This document shows positions 17,541 through 26,997 of a stretch of 58,302 bases of DNA, in pieces. The notes below the pieces were generated by a model. That model ran no database searches. It had not been told where the DNA came from and saw only the letters and a program-made list of their open reading frames with translations. Every line of letters starts with the position of its first letter. Positions within the stretch are counted from its first letter, which is position 1. A program made the translations under genes and the position numbers. This stretch comes from a virus. Its lineage: Duplodnaviria > Caudoviricetes. The stretch is taken from the IMG/VR virus record IMGVR_UViG_3300024999_000119, positions 1 through 58,302 of that record; one strand, given 5' to 3'.

Positions 17541-17969
17541 TTGAAGAATAGAAATTTAGATAATGTAGATGATTGGGGCACACCTAATAAATTTTATGAT
17601 GAACTTAAAAAAGAATTTAATTTTGATTTTGATCCTTGCCCACTCCAGCATAATTTAGCATTATGGGATGGATTAGAAATTGAATGGACGGAACGTAACT
17701 TTATAAATCCACCATATTCAAGAATATTAAAAGAAAAGTTTATCAATAAAGCAGTAGAAGAAAGCAAAAAAGGTAAGCTATGTGTAATGCTATTGCCTGT
17801 TAGCAATAGTACTAAAATATTTCATGAAGTAATTATGCCAAATGCAAATGAGATTAGGTTTGTTAGGGGTAGATTAAAATTCAAAGGTTTTAATACTTTT
17901 GGTCAATTTGTTACCGACAAAGTTGGCATGCATGATAGTATGGTAGTTATTTTTGATGGTCGTATTTAA
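17541..17969 (+). CDS. Phage N6-adenine DNA methyltransferase (Dam-like)
   Basis: DDWGTP, FDFDPC, FINPPYS, LLPV, IRFVRGRLKF. Confidence 0.88.
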   Translation: MKNRNLDNVDDWGTPNKFYDELKKEFNFDFDPCPLQHNLALWDGLEIEWTERNFINPPYSRILKEKFINKAVEESKKGKLCVMLLPVSNSTKIFHEVIMPNANEIRFVRGRLKFKGFNTFGQFVTDKVGMHDSMVVIFDGRI

Positions 17970-17995
17970 ATTATATATTTGAAGGAGATAGATTT

Positions 17996-18284
17996 ATGGA
18001 AATAATAGTAACAACAACAAATTGTAGTAGGGAAGAGCAAGCTGAATTGGCAGAATACTTAGAAGAAAACTGTTGGAGCTGGAAGTTTAAAGAGCCAAAA
18101 AAAAGAAGAAGAAAAAGATTTTAGTGTATTATCAAAAGAAATGAGTATTAAAGTAGTTGATACAATAGTAGAAAATAATGATGATTTAAATTATATTTAT
18201 GAATCATTATTACAAAGTTGGGAAGAGTATTTTATTAATAAAATAAATAAGTTTATAAATACAAAAGGAGAATATAATGTATAA
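17996..18284 (+). pseudogene. Hypothetical gene frameshifted at an A8 run (18097-18104)
   Basis: AGGAG RBS + ATG 17996; removing one A gives an ORF to TAA 18284 overlapping the endolysin start. Confidence 0.55.
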
Positions 18285-18693
18285 TCCAAAATATTTTGAT
18301 GTAAAAGAATTAGTTGACGAAGAAGTATATAATTTATTAGGTGAAAATGCTATTAGGTTATTCGATGAAGATTTGTTAATTGCTGTTGATACTTTAAGAG
18401 AAACATATGGGACTGCTATTATAATAAATAATTGGCATTTAGGAGGTAATTATTCACAAAGAGGATTCAGAAGTAAGAAATCAAAAGTAGGTTCAGAGAA
18501 ATCACAACATAGATTTGGTAGAGCTTTTGATTTAACTATTGTAGGAGTTAGTGCAGATACTGCTAGACAACATATCTTATCTAATAAAGATAAATATTAT
18601 GGTGTTAATAGAATGGAAGATAAAGTAAACTGGTTACATATTGATTCTAAACCAATAGAGCAATCAGAAAGAATACAATTATTTAATCCATAA
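18277..18693 (+). CDS. Endolysin, peptidase M15 family
   Basis: RGFR, SQHRFGRAFD, WLHID zinc motifs. Confidence 0.88.
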   Translation: MYNPKYFDVKELVDEEVYNLLGENAIRLFDEDLLIAVDTLRETYGTAIIINNWHLGGNYSQRGFRSKKSKVGSEKSQHRFGRAFDLTIVGVSADTARQHILSNKDKYYGVNRMEDKVNWLHIDSKPIEQSERIQLFNP

Positions 18694-18702
18694 GAGAACA
18701 AA

Positions 18703-18971
18703 ATGGATATTAAAGAATTACCTATTAAATTTGAACAGGATTCTTATGTTTTTATGCTGATGATGAAAGGAGACTCTTCTTATATATATATTCTAAAGAA
18801 TCTAAAGAATCTAAGTGTCCTATCTATGAGATATTTGAAAGAGTAGTAAACAATTCTATTGTAGAATATCCAAGAACAAAAGACTTTGGTAATTCTGCTT
18901 GGACTACAAAAGAATGGGTTAATGCTGTTGATATTTTATATAGAATAGAAAAAGAGATAAAAGAAAGATAA
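18703..18971 (+). pseudogene. Phage hypothetical gene frameshifted at a (TA)n run (18781-18791)
   Basis: Removing one AT joins MDIKELPIKF.. to ..YEIFE..EYPRTKDFGNSAWT.. Confidence 0.6.
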
Positions 18972-18984
18972 GGATATGCTTTAT

Positions 18985-19075
18985 TTTTAGTTTTAAGGTA
19001 TCTACAATTAATTATTATTTAAAAGACATATAAACTTATAGGTTAAGTATTAAAGTGTCTTAGAAACGATTATAA
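18985..19075. repeat. Dispersed element, copy C
   Basis: tattaaagtgtcttagaa (19048-19065) identical to 57157-57174; core catataaacttat is the reverse complement of the copy-B core. Confidence 0.7.
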
Positions 19076-19083
19076 GGAGAATT

Positions 19084-19257
19084 ATGGAAGATTTATTAAT
19101 TGCTGGAATAGCATTAGTTTCTGTTGTTGTTATTGTAGCATTTATTACGGTAGTAGTAGCTGTAGCATTTGTGTTAAATGATAGCAAAGAAATACAGATT
19201 ACAGATAAGGAGTTAGCAGAAAAAGGATATAATATTTTACATAAAGAAGAATTATAA
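19084..19257 (+). CDS. Small single-TM membrane protein (57 aa)
   Basis: AGGAG RBS; long hydrophobic N-terminus. Confidence 0.65.
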   Translation: MEDLLIAGIALVSVVVIVAFITVVVAVAFVLNDSKEIQITDKELAEKGYNILHKEEL

Positions 19258-19274
19258 CTCCTCCTATAGATAAG

Positions 19275-19310
19275 AAAGAGATGATAGCTTAGGCTGTTGT
19301 CTCTTTTTTT
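19275..19310 (+). terminator. Intrinsic terminator ending the early/middle arm
   Basis: aagagatgatagc-ttag-gctgttgtctctt plus T tract. Confidence 0.8.
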
Positions 19311-19449
19311 ATTTGGAAGTTATAGTTTTTGTATGATAATTGGGATAATAATTAAATAAGGAATCAATAATAAAATTTTATATTAAATGTTTAGAATATA
19401 GCTTATATTCACAATAAACAAAGCAAAAAGTCTTAAATTTTAGAATACC

Positions 19450-19482
19450 TATAGCTATATAGCTATATATGCCGGCATATAT
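19450..19482. repeat. Two overlapping perfect 18-bp palindromes
   Basis: tatagctatatagctata (19450-19467) and atatatgccggcatatat (19465-19482). Confidence 0.8.
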
Positions 19483-19528
19483 GATATACCATACATAAGT
19501 GTTCTAAATATTTTTCTATATAATTTAT

Positions 19529-19557
19529 TTGTATTATTAAATACTATATAGTATATT
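19529..19557 (+). promoter_or_regulatory. Sigma70-type promoter
   Basis: TTGTAT-17 nt-TATATT. Confidence 0.55.
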
Positions 19558-19588
19558 TACATATACAAAATTACTATATGGAGAAATA

Positions 19589-20047
19589 ATGGATAATTTA
19601 AGCATAATCAATACTTCTAGTGGAGAAATTATAGGAAGCTATACACCCAAATTTAGCATGTCGCATATGGAGTTTGTTTTATTTTTTGGTAAAAATTTAG
19701 CTATGCTTGGGAAAGCAAATCCTTCAAAGAAAGAAATTATTCTTGCTAGCATAATTTCAAAAATGGATGGCGATAATGTTGTTTATATTCTTAAAAATTT
19801 TAGAATGGAATTATCGAAAAAACTGGAGATAAATCCTTCTTATGTTGGTCGTGTAGTTGATGAATTAATAGAAAAACAAATTTTATATAAGATAGGGAGA
19901 GGAGTCTATATTGTTAATCCTTATATTTATGGGAAAGGTAATGTCAAAAATATTGCTAAATTGAGATGGGAATTTGAAGCTATATTTAAAAATGATACTG
20001 TCGAAATGACTCATTCTGTAAAACGAACATATAAAGAAAAAGTATAA
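19589..20047 (+). CDS. RepL-like winged-helix protein
   Basis: IGRGVYIVNPYIYGKG after a helix-turn-helix. Confidence 0.7.
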   Translation: MDNLSIINTSSGEIIGSYTPKFSMSHMEFVLFFGKNLAMLGKANPSKKEIILASIISKMDGDNVVYILKNFRMELSKKLEINPSYVGRVVDELIEKQILYKIGRGVYIVNPYIYGKGNVKNIAKLRWEFEAIFKNDTVEMTHSVKRTYKEKV

Positions 20048-20337
20048 TGGCTAAACTTTTCAGATATATCAAACTAAAGAAGAAAAAGAAAGTATTCAGA
20101 TATTGGGATTCTCAATCTCATCGAGGTAATTATAAAAGGTATTTGAAGAGTGAAGATTGGGAAGTGATAAGAAATAAAGTTCTTATAAGAGATAAAAGAA
20201 AGTGTTGTTTTTGTCTTTCTAATAAGAATTTAGAAGTACATCATGAAACTTATAAGAATGTGTTTTATGAAGATTTGGATGATTTAATAACATTATGCCA
20301 TGATTGTCATAGAGCAATACATAAAAAGGAGAAATAG
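20047..20337 (+). CDS. HNH endonuclease
   Basis: RDKRKCCFC, LEVHH, LITLCHDCHRAIH. Confidence 0.85.
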   Translation: MAKLFRYIKLKKKKKVFRYWDSQSHRGNYKRYLKSEDWEVIRNKVLIRDKRKCCFCLSNKNLEVHHETYKNVFYEDLDDLITLCHDCHRAIHKKEK

Positions 20338-20338
20338 A

Positions 20339-20494
20339 ATGGAAAAAAGCAAAGTAAAAATATGGATGATTTGGGACAGTAAGTTTAACAGATCAGTAGC
20401 AGAATCACATAAAGTTATAATGTTAAATCGAATGCTAAAGAATCTACAAGAAAATTCTACAGAAGAAAGATATGAATTAAAGGAGAGAAAGTGA
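20339..20494 (+). CDS. Hypothetical protein
   Basis: AGGAG RBS before ATG 20339. Confidence 0.6.
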   Translation: MEKSKVKIWMIWDSKFNRSVAESHKVIMLNRMLKNLQENSTEERYELKERK

Positions 20495-20700
20495 TACAAT
20501 TTTGTGAAATAATCGTACATGCACCAGAACCATATAAAGGATTCTGTTTTCTTGACACTATTAGTGATGAGATTTGCCACTTTAATGATGAATGGATATT
20601 TGAGAATTTAGGGGATTTCCTTTTGTGGGCTAAGGATAAGCATACATGACTAGATGGTTTAGAGAGATACACTAGTAAAATTACTGAAGAATTTAGATAG
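20491..20700 (+). pseudogene. Small gene with an in-frame TGA at 20647-20649 (or a 52-aa CDS)
   Basis: GTG with AGGAG RBS; frame stays open 16 codons past TGA to TAG 20700. Confidence 0.4.
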
Positions 20701-20737
20701 AGAAGATAATATTAAAATTTAACCTAAAAGGAAAGAT

Positions 20738-20986
20738 ATGAAACCAATTAAAAGTAATAGAACAGCAATAGCAGATTCAATGAATAATCTTGTGCTATTG
20801 CATACTAAACTAATTGATGCAACTAATTTATTGGAAGCATTAAAGTATTATAAAGCAGATGATGAAGTTATTAAGTTTGTTGCTGGTAATGTAGCAAGTT
20901 TATGGAGTACATTTAAATCTGTAACTGGTTCTAAAGATTTAGAAGATGAAATTAAAGAAGAAGTTAAAGATAAGGTAGAGTTGTAA
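20738..20986 (+). CDS. Hypothetical protein
   Basis: RBS; 82 aa. Confidence 0.7.
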   Translation: MKPIKSNRTAIADSMNNLVLLHTKLIDATNLLEALKYYKADDEVIKFVAGNVASLWSTFKSVTGSKDLEDEIKEEVKDKVEL

Positions 20987-21150
20987 TGACAGATAAAGTA
21001 TTAGAAGTATTAGAGATATATGAGAAAATGAAAAGGATTAAGTCTCTTATGGATGAGTTATATGATAGAAGGGCTAATGAAGAATTAAGAGAATATTATG
21101 CAGATATGTATGCAGAATTAGATAAAAGATTTAATACTCTTATAAAATAA
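20986..21150 (+). CDS. Small helical protein (54 aa)
   Basis: TAATG overlap. Confidence 0.55.
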   Translation: MTDKVLEVLEIYEKMKRIKSLMDELYDRRANEELREYYADMYAELDKRFNTLIK

Positions 21151-21182
21151 TTTGCATTATATTATATTTAAATATATGTTTG
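21151..21182 (+). promoter_or_regulatory. Host-RNAP promoter for the portal operon
   Basis: TTTG-20 nt-TATGTTTG (Bacteroidota -33/-7 type); also TTGCAT-17-TATGTT. Confidence 0.6.
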
Positions 21183-21203
21183 CGATAACATAGGAGAATT
21201 AAT

Positions 21204-23189
21204 ATGCCAGTAATTTATAAAGAGATACCAGAAGAGTTGATAGCTAAACGTACTACATGGGGTAGTAATAGAGATAATTGGCTAAATAAAGTAACTTTAG
21301 AAGAAGAATATTATTATAATGATGTTGACAATACAGGAACTAACTTTACCCAAAAACAACTTGACGTTATCATGACAGAGGGGTCTGGTGTTCCTGTCAG
21401 CATCAATCACATATATCCAGCAGTTAATCAAAAATTAGCAATTCTAACACAAACCAAACCAACATTCAAAGTAGTAGCATTAGATGGAAGATCTAAACAG
21501 TATGCAAACATATTAGATAAAGCTGTTAAGAGTATTATGTATCGTTCTGAAGCTGTTGGAGAAGAAGAAGAAACTATTAAGAATATGATGGTTCTTGGGA
21601 TGGGAATAAGTTCTATTTCAGAAACAGATTATCATCAGTTTGGTACATTCGGTATTCAATATGAGAACATTCATCCTTCAATGGTAATCTTAGATTCTAA
21701 TTCTAAGAAGAGAAGTTTGAATGATATGGAAGGGTATTTCATAGAAAAAGAAATAACTCTTTCAGAAGCAGAAGTTAGATATGGCGATATAATAGCTAAA
21801 TTAAATGAGAAGAGAGCATTAGAAGGAGATAATCCATTAGAGATTAAAGACTTTATATCTTCCACATATTTTGGTGCTGTTGGTCAAGGGAAGATTGAAG
21901 AAACAGATTTATATTCTAAAATAGTAGTTTCTGAATATTATGATAAAGTATTTTCTACAATGTATTTTGTTGAAGATATTGAAACTGGAAATATTTTAAG
22001 ATTATTTAAAGAGAATTTAGAGGAAGACCAAGACTTTATTTTAGAAGGAGCAAAGGACAAAGAGAACAATAGATTCATAAGAAGAACTATTATGTTAGGG
22101 AATTATATTGTTGCTGTTGAAATAAAACCAATTAAGGATTTCCAAATTAAAGTTAAATTCTTTGAATGGGGAGGAAGACCTTATCGTTCTTATGGTATGG
22201 TACACTTCACTAAGTCTATGCAAGAAACATTTGATAAAGCTATCCAGACTATGATTGTTAATGGAATGCTAACAAATAATGCAGGTTATATTGGTCCTAA
22301 AGGCTCTATAGCTCCACAGGATGTTCCTAAATGGGAAATGCAAGGTAATAGACCAGGAATATTCAAAGAATATACATTACAGTTAGATGGTAGTGGTCAT
22401 GTAGTTAAACCGGAAAGAGAGCAAATACAGCAACTTTCTAATTTCTATCCTACAATATTACAGATGATGGAGATGGGTATTCAAAAATCAACCGGTATAA
22501 ATGCAGTTGTTACTGGTGATGCTTCAGAAGCTAATGTGGATGTATTCAGTTCTTTGCAGCAATATCAGAATTCAGCTATGCAAAGAATTCAATTAGCTAT
22601 GTCACATATCAATTTAGCTAATCAGCAATTAGGTAATGTTATGATTGATATGTTAATAAATAATTTAGATATAGGACAAAATTATATCTTCTTTGATGAA
22701 AAAGATGTTGTTAATGAATTACAAATATTAAAAGAATCAGCATCAGATTTCAAATTAGGAAGATATGGAGTTCTATCAATAGCATCAGAAGCTATGCCTA
22801 CACAAAGAATGGCTATGAGTACAGAATTAATGAAAATATCTCAAACTACAGCAGATCCAAATGAAAGAAATATATATGTTCAGAAAGCATTTGAATTAGC
22901 AGATATGAGAGGATTTGATGATGTGCAAGAAAAAGTAGATGGTGTTAAGAAGTTGCAATCTCAATTGAATCAAATGCAAGAACAATTAGACAGAGATGCA
23001 GAGTTAATGAAATTATACGAGAATAGAGCAATTAATGCAGAGTATAATGCTAAGTTAGCAGCTAAGCTTGCATGCATAGAATCTAGTATAGATCAAGCAG
23101 AAATAGAAACAAAGAAGGATATTGTTATAGAAAAATTGCAAGAACAGATAAAAGAACTTAAAAATCCCAAGAAAGTTCTTGACAAATAA
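21204..23189 (+). CDS. Portal protein (P22-like podovirus type)
   Basis: 661 aa; INHIYPAV, GMG, YGMVH..Q, TGINAVVTG, C-terminal coiled coil; first gene of the head module. Confidence 0.85.
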   Translation: MPVIYKEIPEELIAKRTTWGSNRDNWLNKVTLEEEYYYNDVDNTGTNFTQKQLDVIMTEGSGVPVSINHIYPAVNQKLAILTQTKPTFKVVALDGRSKQYANILDKAVKSIMYRSEAVGEEEETIKNMMVLGMGISSISETDYHQFGTFGIQYENIHPSMVILDSNSKKRSLNDMEGYFIEKEITLSEAEVRYGDIIAKLNEKRALEGDNPLEIKDFISSTYFGAVGQGKIEETDLYSKIVVSEYYDKVFSTMYFVEDIETGNILRLFKENLEEDQDFILEGAKDKENNRFIRRTIMLGNYIVAVEIKPIKDFQIKVKFFEWGGRPYRSYGMVHFTKSMQETFDKAIQTMIVNGMLTNNAGYIGPKGSIAPQDVPKWEMQGNRPGIFKEYTLQLDGSGHVVKPEREQIQQLSNFYPTILQMMEMGIQKSTGINAVVTGDASEANVDVFSSLQQYQNSAMQRIQLAMSHINLANQQLGNVMIDMLINNLDIGQNYIFFDEKDVVNELQILKESASDFKLGRYGVLSIASEAMPTQRMAMSTELMKISQTTADPNERNIYVQKAFELADMRGFDDVQEKVDGVKKLQSQLNQMQEQLDRDAELMKLYENRAINAEYNAKLAAKLACIESSIDQAEIETKKDIVIEKLQEQIKELKNPKKVLDK

Positions 23190-23207
23190 AAAAATATAAA
23201 CTAAATT
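23179..23207 (+). promoter_or_regulatory. Sigma70-type promoter for scaffold/capsid
   Basis: TTGACA-17 nt-TAAATT. Confidence 0.6.
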
Positions 23208-23219
23208 AAAGGTATCAAA

Positions 23220-24023
23220 ATGGAAGATGAAGAATTTTCTACCGAAACTAATGTATCAACTCCACAATCAAGAGAAGATTTTATGTCTGCTTTTGATGTT
23301 GTAGAAGGTACAAACCAACCAGTAGAGAGTCCAATCCAAGAGCAAGAAGAAAAATCTCTATACGAAGTAGATGAGAGATTTAAAGACTTGCCATATGGAG
23401 AAGCTGCTCTTAGGACTTTGAAATCAAAACACGATAAGTTGTTTTCTCTTAATGAGAAACTAGCCAAAGAACAGGAAGAAAACTCCAAAGCTATGATGTT
23501 CTTGAACGACTTGTTAGAAGATGATGCTACATTAGAAGCATTTTTGAATGAAAGAAAACCGGAACTAATTCAAAAGAAAGACTTCTCTCAAACATTACAA
23601 GAAAAATTAAACAATGAATTTCCAGAGTTTTTGGATTACAAACCATCTAGAGTAGATGCAGATAATAATCCTGGTGGAAAAGAATGGTTGTACTTTAAAA
23701 GATTGGATGAGCTTTATAGTGAACTTAAGACTGGTGGGAATAAACACGTTTCTACTGTAAAAGAGTTGAAAGAGCAAAGACTTAAAGCTAAAGCAGAACA
23801 AGATGCATTAATTGAAAGAGAAATGTTGACTGCACAAAAAGAAATGGGATATTCTGATGAAGATGTCAAATCTTTTTATAAATGGTCACAAAATCTTAAA
23901 TTGGTAGATATGATGAAGATGCATCGATTCGCTGCTAAGACTAATAGGATTCCTAATGTTGGGAACATTCCTGGAAGTCCAATTCAACAAAGTGCAAGAA
24001 GTCAATTCCTTAAAACTCTGTAA
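23220..24023 (+). CDS. Probable scaffolding protein
   Basis: Acidic, helical, between portal and capsid. Confidence 0.6.
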   Translation: MEDEEFSTETNVSTPQSREDFMSAFDVVEGTNQPVESPIQEQEEKSLYEVDERFKDLPYGEAALRTLKSKHDKLFSLNEKLAKEQEENSKAMMFLNDLLEDDATLEAFLNERKPELIQKKDFSQTLQEKLNNEFPEFLDYKPSRVDADNNPGGKEWLYFKRLDELYSELKTGGNKHVSTVKELKEQRLKAKAEQDALIEREMLTAQKEMGYSDEDVKSFYKWSQNLKLVDMMKMHRFAAKTNRIPNVGNIPGSPIQQSARSQFLKTL

Positions 24024-24052
24024 CAACAACAGAAAATTAAAGGAGAAACACA

Positions 24053-25645
24053 ATGTCAGATTTATATAACACAACACCTGGAAGTTATGGTGGTTTCACA
24101 TCACCTGTACCTGGTGGTAGCTCTAGTGCTGGATTCTATCAGCAATCAATGAATTTACCTTATCATCAAGGTCGTTCTATTTTAGCAACAATTCCTGAAT
24201 ATCAAAGAAATCCACTATTATTGGAAAAAGATATTATGTTCAAAGTCTCAGAAGGTCGTCAAAACTTCATGAAAATTATCATGGAAGCTTCTGAATTAAG
24301 TGGGGGTAAAATTGTAAATGATGTACGTTATCGTTTACCTATTGAAATTGATCCATTACAAAGATTGTATATTGCTGCTGGTGCTTATACAGGTACAAGT
24401 AGTTTAACAAATCTTAAAATTAAAAGTAATACCACTAAAATATCTACAGCTATGCCTGGTGGTAATCCAAAACAAGTTGGTGATATTGCTCGTTTAGAAA
24501 AAGACCAATTTGTAATGTTAATGTTCTCTTGGGTTGATCCACGTAGAGGAAACAAACCAGTTGTAGCAACTAATGCAACTCCTTCTGCTCCAGTACCAGA
24601 AATTTGTAAGGTACTTGCAGTTGACTATACTAATGGTACTGTTAAATTATCTCGTAACTGGGCTGGAAGGCAAAGAACAACTACTCCAACTGCACCAGAT
24701 AGTTTTACTGTAACAACAACAGCAACTACTACAGCTAATCAAATTCAAGACAAATATGCTTTCTTGATTCCTATGGCTAAATCTATGAAAGAAGATGAGA
24801 TTGATGCTAAGATTAGAAATTATAGTGGTTCTTGGACTCATGGTGTATTACAACGTCATTTATTAGCTTGGGGAACACAAAAGTTTGCAGAAGTTATTGC
24901 TTCAAACTTAGGTATTCAATCTCCACTTGCTAAGAGCAAAACACAAGCATTAAAAGATTATTATGATCATTGGGAATGGATGGCATTATTCGGTGAAAAG
25001 TCAGAAGAATTTGATTCTGAAACTGGGTATTGGAGTGGTACAACAGATGGTATTTTAGCTAATATTCCTTTATCACATCATATTACAATTAAAGATATTG
25101 ATTGGTCAACAGCAACATTTGATGGTACTACATCTAAAATGGGTAGCTTCCATCCAATCGTATTCAATAAATTGTTGCAAGGAAAAGCATATCATGGTTC
25201 AGGACAAAAAGCATTAGTTTGTGGAGCTGACTTCTATACATCATTCACAACAATGTTAAATTCAATGACACAAGCTATTCCTTCAATCATTTCTGATTGG
25301 AAAGTAGAAGGTAAATCTTTCTCTACTGGTGATGGTCTAACTATCCAAGTTATTCCTTCTGATAAAATGTCTCTTAATGGTTTATCACGTTCTGCTGTAT
25401 TGTATGATAAATCTGCATTCTTGTCAATTGGTTTGAAAGGTTATCCTGGTGCTGATATTGTTGACCAAATCTCTAACGAAAATCCATTAAAGACTAATGG
25501 TTTTATTCATGGAGTTAAAGGTTTCATCGATCTAAATCCAGATGCTCATTGGATGTTTACTTTATTGTCAAGATATGATGCTGGTGGTGTTGATAACACA
25601 ACAGCTTATGATGCTCTTGACCCTTATGGTGAATATTTAGGATAA
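24053..25645 (+). CDS. Major capsid protein (HK97 fold, with large insertion)
   Basis: Position; EWMALFG...TTDGI; biased codon use; followed by a terminator. Confidence 0.75.
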   Translation: MSDLYNTTPGSYGGFTSPVPGGSSSAGFYQQSMNLPYHQGRSILATIPEYQRNPLLLEKDIMFKVSEGRQNFMKIIMEASELSGGKIVNDVRYRLPIEIDPLQRLYIAAGAYTGTSSLTNLKIKSNTTKISTAMPGGNPKQVGDIARLEKDQFVMLMFSWVDPRRGNKPVVATNATPSAPVPEICKVLAVDYTNGTVKLSRNWAGRQRTTTPTAPDSFTVTTTATTTANQIQDKYAFLIPMAKSMKEDEIDAKIRNYSGSWTHGVLQRHLLAWGTQKFAEVIASNLGIQSPLAKSKTQALKDYYDHWEWMALFGEKSEEFDSETGYWSGTTDGILANIPLSHHITIKDIDWSTATFDGTTSKMGSFHPIVFNKLLQGKAYHGSGQKALVCGADFYTSFTTMLNSMTQAIPSIISDWKVEGKSFSTGDGLTIQVIPSDKMSLNGLSRSAVLYDKSAFLSIGLKGYPGADIVDQISNENPLKTNGFIHGVKGFIDLNPDAHWMFTLLSRYDAGGVDNTTAYDALDPYGEYLG

Positions 25646-25658
25646 ATAAATAATTTAT

Positions 25659-25690
25659 AAGAGAGAGAATAAAGCTCTCTCTTTATTTTT
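25659..25690 (+). terminator. Intrinsic terminator after capsid gene
   Basis: aagagagag-aataaag-ctctctctt plus T tract. Confidence 0.75.
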
Positions 25691-25713
25691 AACAAAATTT
25701 TAGGAGAAATAAA

Positions 25714-26220
25714 ATGGCTGATTTAATAGGCAAAGTAAAAAGATATATGAGTGAAGTGAATACTTCAGTAGAAGATTCAATTCTCTCTTATCAAGAAGGT
25801 TTAGCAGCAAGTAAAATAAATACTGCATATACCTTTATTCCTTGTGCAATCGAAGATCCAACAAATGTTGTTGTAACTCCAGTTGTATTAGGAACAGTTT
25901 CTGCAAATGCAGTTGCATTTCCACAAGTAGCAGAAGTAACATCTTTGACAGCTCTAAGTGCAGTTGCTGATTTAGATGCTCATGCAGCTTCTGTAGCTTA
26001 TAATGTTGGCACAGTAGTTAAAGCTACTCCAACTGGTGGTTCATTAGGTGCTTATGTATGCTCAACAGCACATACAAGTACAGCAGGACCAGATTTCGAT
26101 ACTGATATTGCTAATTGGAATTTACTTCCACATACAGCATTCTTGAAGATTGTTCATACTGCTGCTGGTTCAGCAAAAGTAGCTAATTTCCGATACAAAA
26201 TCGAAGGTTATAAAGATTAA
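25714..26220 (+). CDS. Probable capsid decoration protein with CBM5/12-like insert
   Basis: AYNVGTVVK..YVCSTAHTS..P...NW. Confidence 0.55.
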   Translation: MADLIGKVKRYMSEVNTSVEDSILSYQEGLAASKINTAYTFIPCAIEDPTNVVVTPVVLGTVSANAVAFPQVAEVTSLTALSAVADLDAHAASVAYNVGTVVKATPTGGSLGAYVCSTAHTSTAGPDFDTDIANWNLLPHTAFLKIVHTAAGSAKVANFRYKIEGYKD

Positions 26221-26224
26221 TTTA

Positions 26225-26255
26225 TTTAGGGGAGATTATTCTCCCTTAAATTTTA
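26225..26255 (+). terminator. Intrinsic terminator
   Basis: tttaggggaga-ttat-tctcccttaaa plus T tract. Confidence 0.65.
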
Positions 26256-26271
26256 TAGGAGATATAATAAA

Positions 26272-26997
26272 ATGATTGCAGTTAAAGATTTAGATATATC
26301 TTTATCATTAAAACTTGGGGATCCAGTTAGTGGGAATGATGATGGTGAACAATTCAAACAAGAAGGTAGATTAGGTTATCTAATTAGAGGATATGCAAGA
26401 TTAGTTAGAATGCTTTATAAACTTATGCGAAACAATGCCCCACTATTTGCAAAACAAAAAAAATATCATACTCAAATAATTACATCAAGTGTATTTGATT
26501 TAATTATAGATGATGCTATCGTAGTTATAGATACTGTAGATGAGTTATTTGTTAAAGTAGAAAAGAAAGGTTCACTTGTTTATAAAGGTTTAGCTACATA
26601 TATACAACCAGATGGATATATAGCAGTCAGAGAAGGAATCAATGACCATTACATACCTACAATTAATGGCAATGATAGTTCTATCTTTTATACAAAATTA
26701 GATAATAAGATTTATTTATTACCAGTATTAAATAATGTTGAAACTGAAAATCATTATACAGAAATATCTACTGTATTTAAATCTGATGCAGAAAATTTTA
26801 CAATTAATGATAGTCTTGCTATTCCAAATGAATATGTAGATTTGCTTATTTCTTTAGCAGCATCTGAAGGTATGCAAGATATTGCAAGAACTGATAAGGT
26901 CAATCTTTATGCTGGTGATGTAGCTAACCAAATGAGTATTCTCAAGAATTATTCTGATACAATAGAAGCAAAAAGAGGAAGTGACTTAAATGGATAA
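26272..26997 (+). CDS. Head-tail adaptor/ring protein 1
   Basis: Position; AIPNEYVDLLISLAA motif. Confidence 0.6.
   Translation: MIAVKDLDISLSLKLGDPVSGNDDGEQFKQEGRLGYLIRGYARLVRMLYKLMRNNAPLFAKQKKYHTQIITSSVFDLIIDDAIVVIDTVDELFVKVEKKGSLVYKGLATYIQPDGYIAVREGINDHYIPTINGNDSSIFYTKLDNKIYLLPVLNNVETENHYTEISTVFKSDAENFTINDSLAIPNEYVDLLISLAASEGMQDIARTDKVNLYAGDVANQMSILKNYSDTIEAKRGSDLNG

Noticed and set aside
6301-20649. Stop-codon reassignment, as in some crAss-like phages
   Set aside because: The in-frame stops are of different types (TAA, TGA); TAA, TAG and TGA all end genes normally; long genes are intact in code 11
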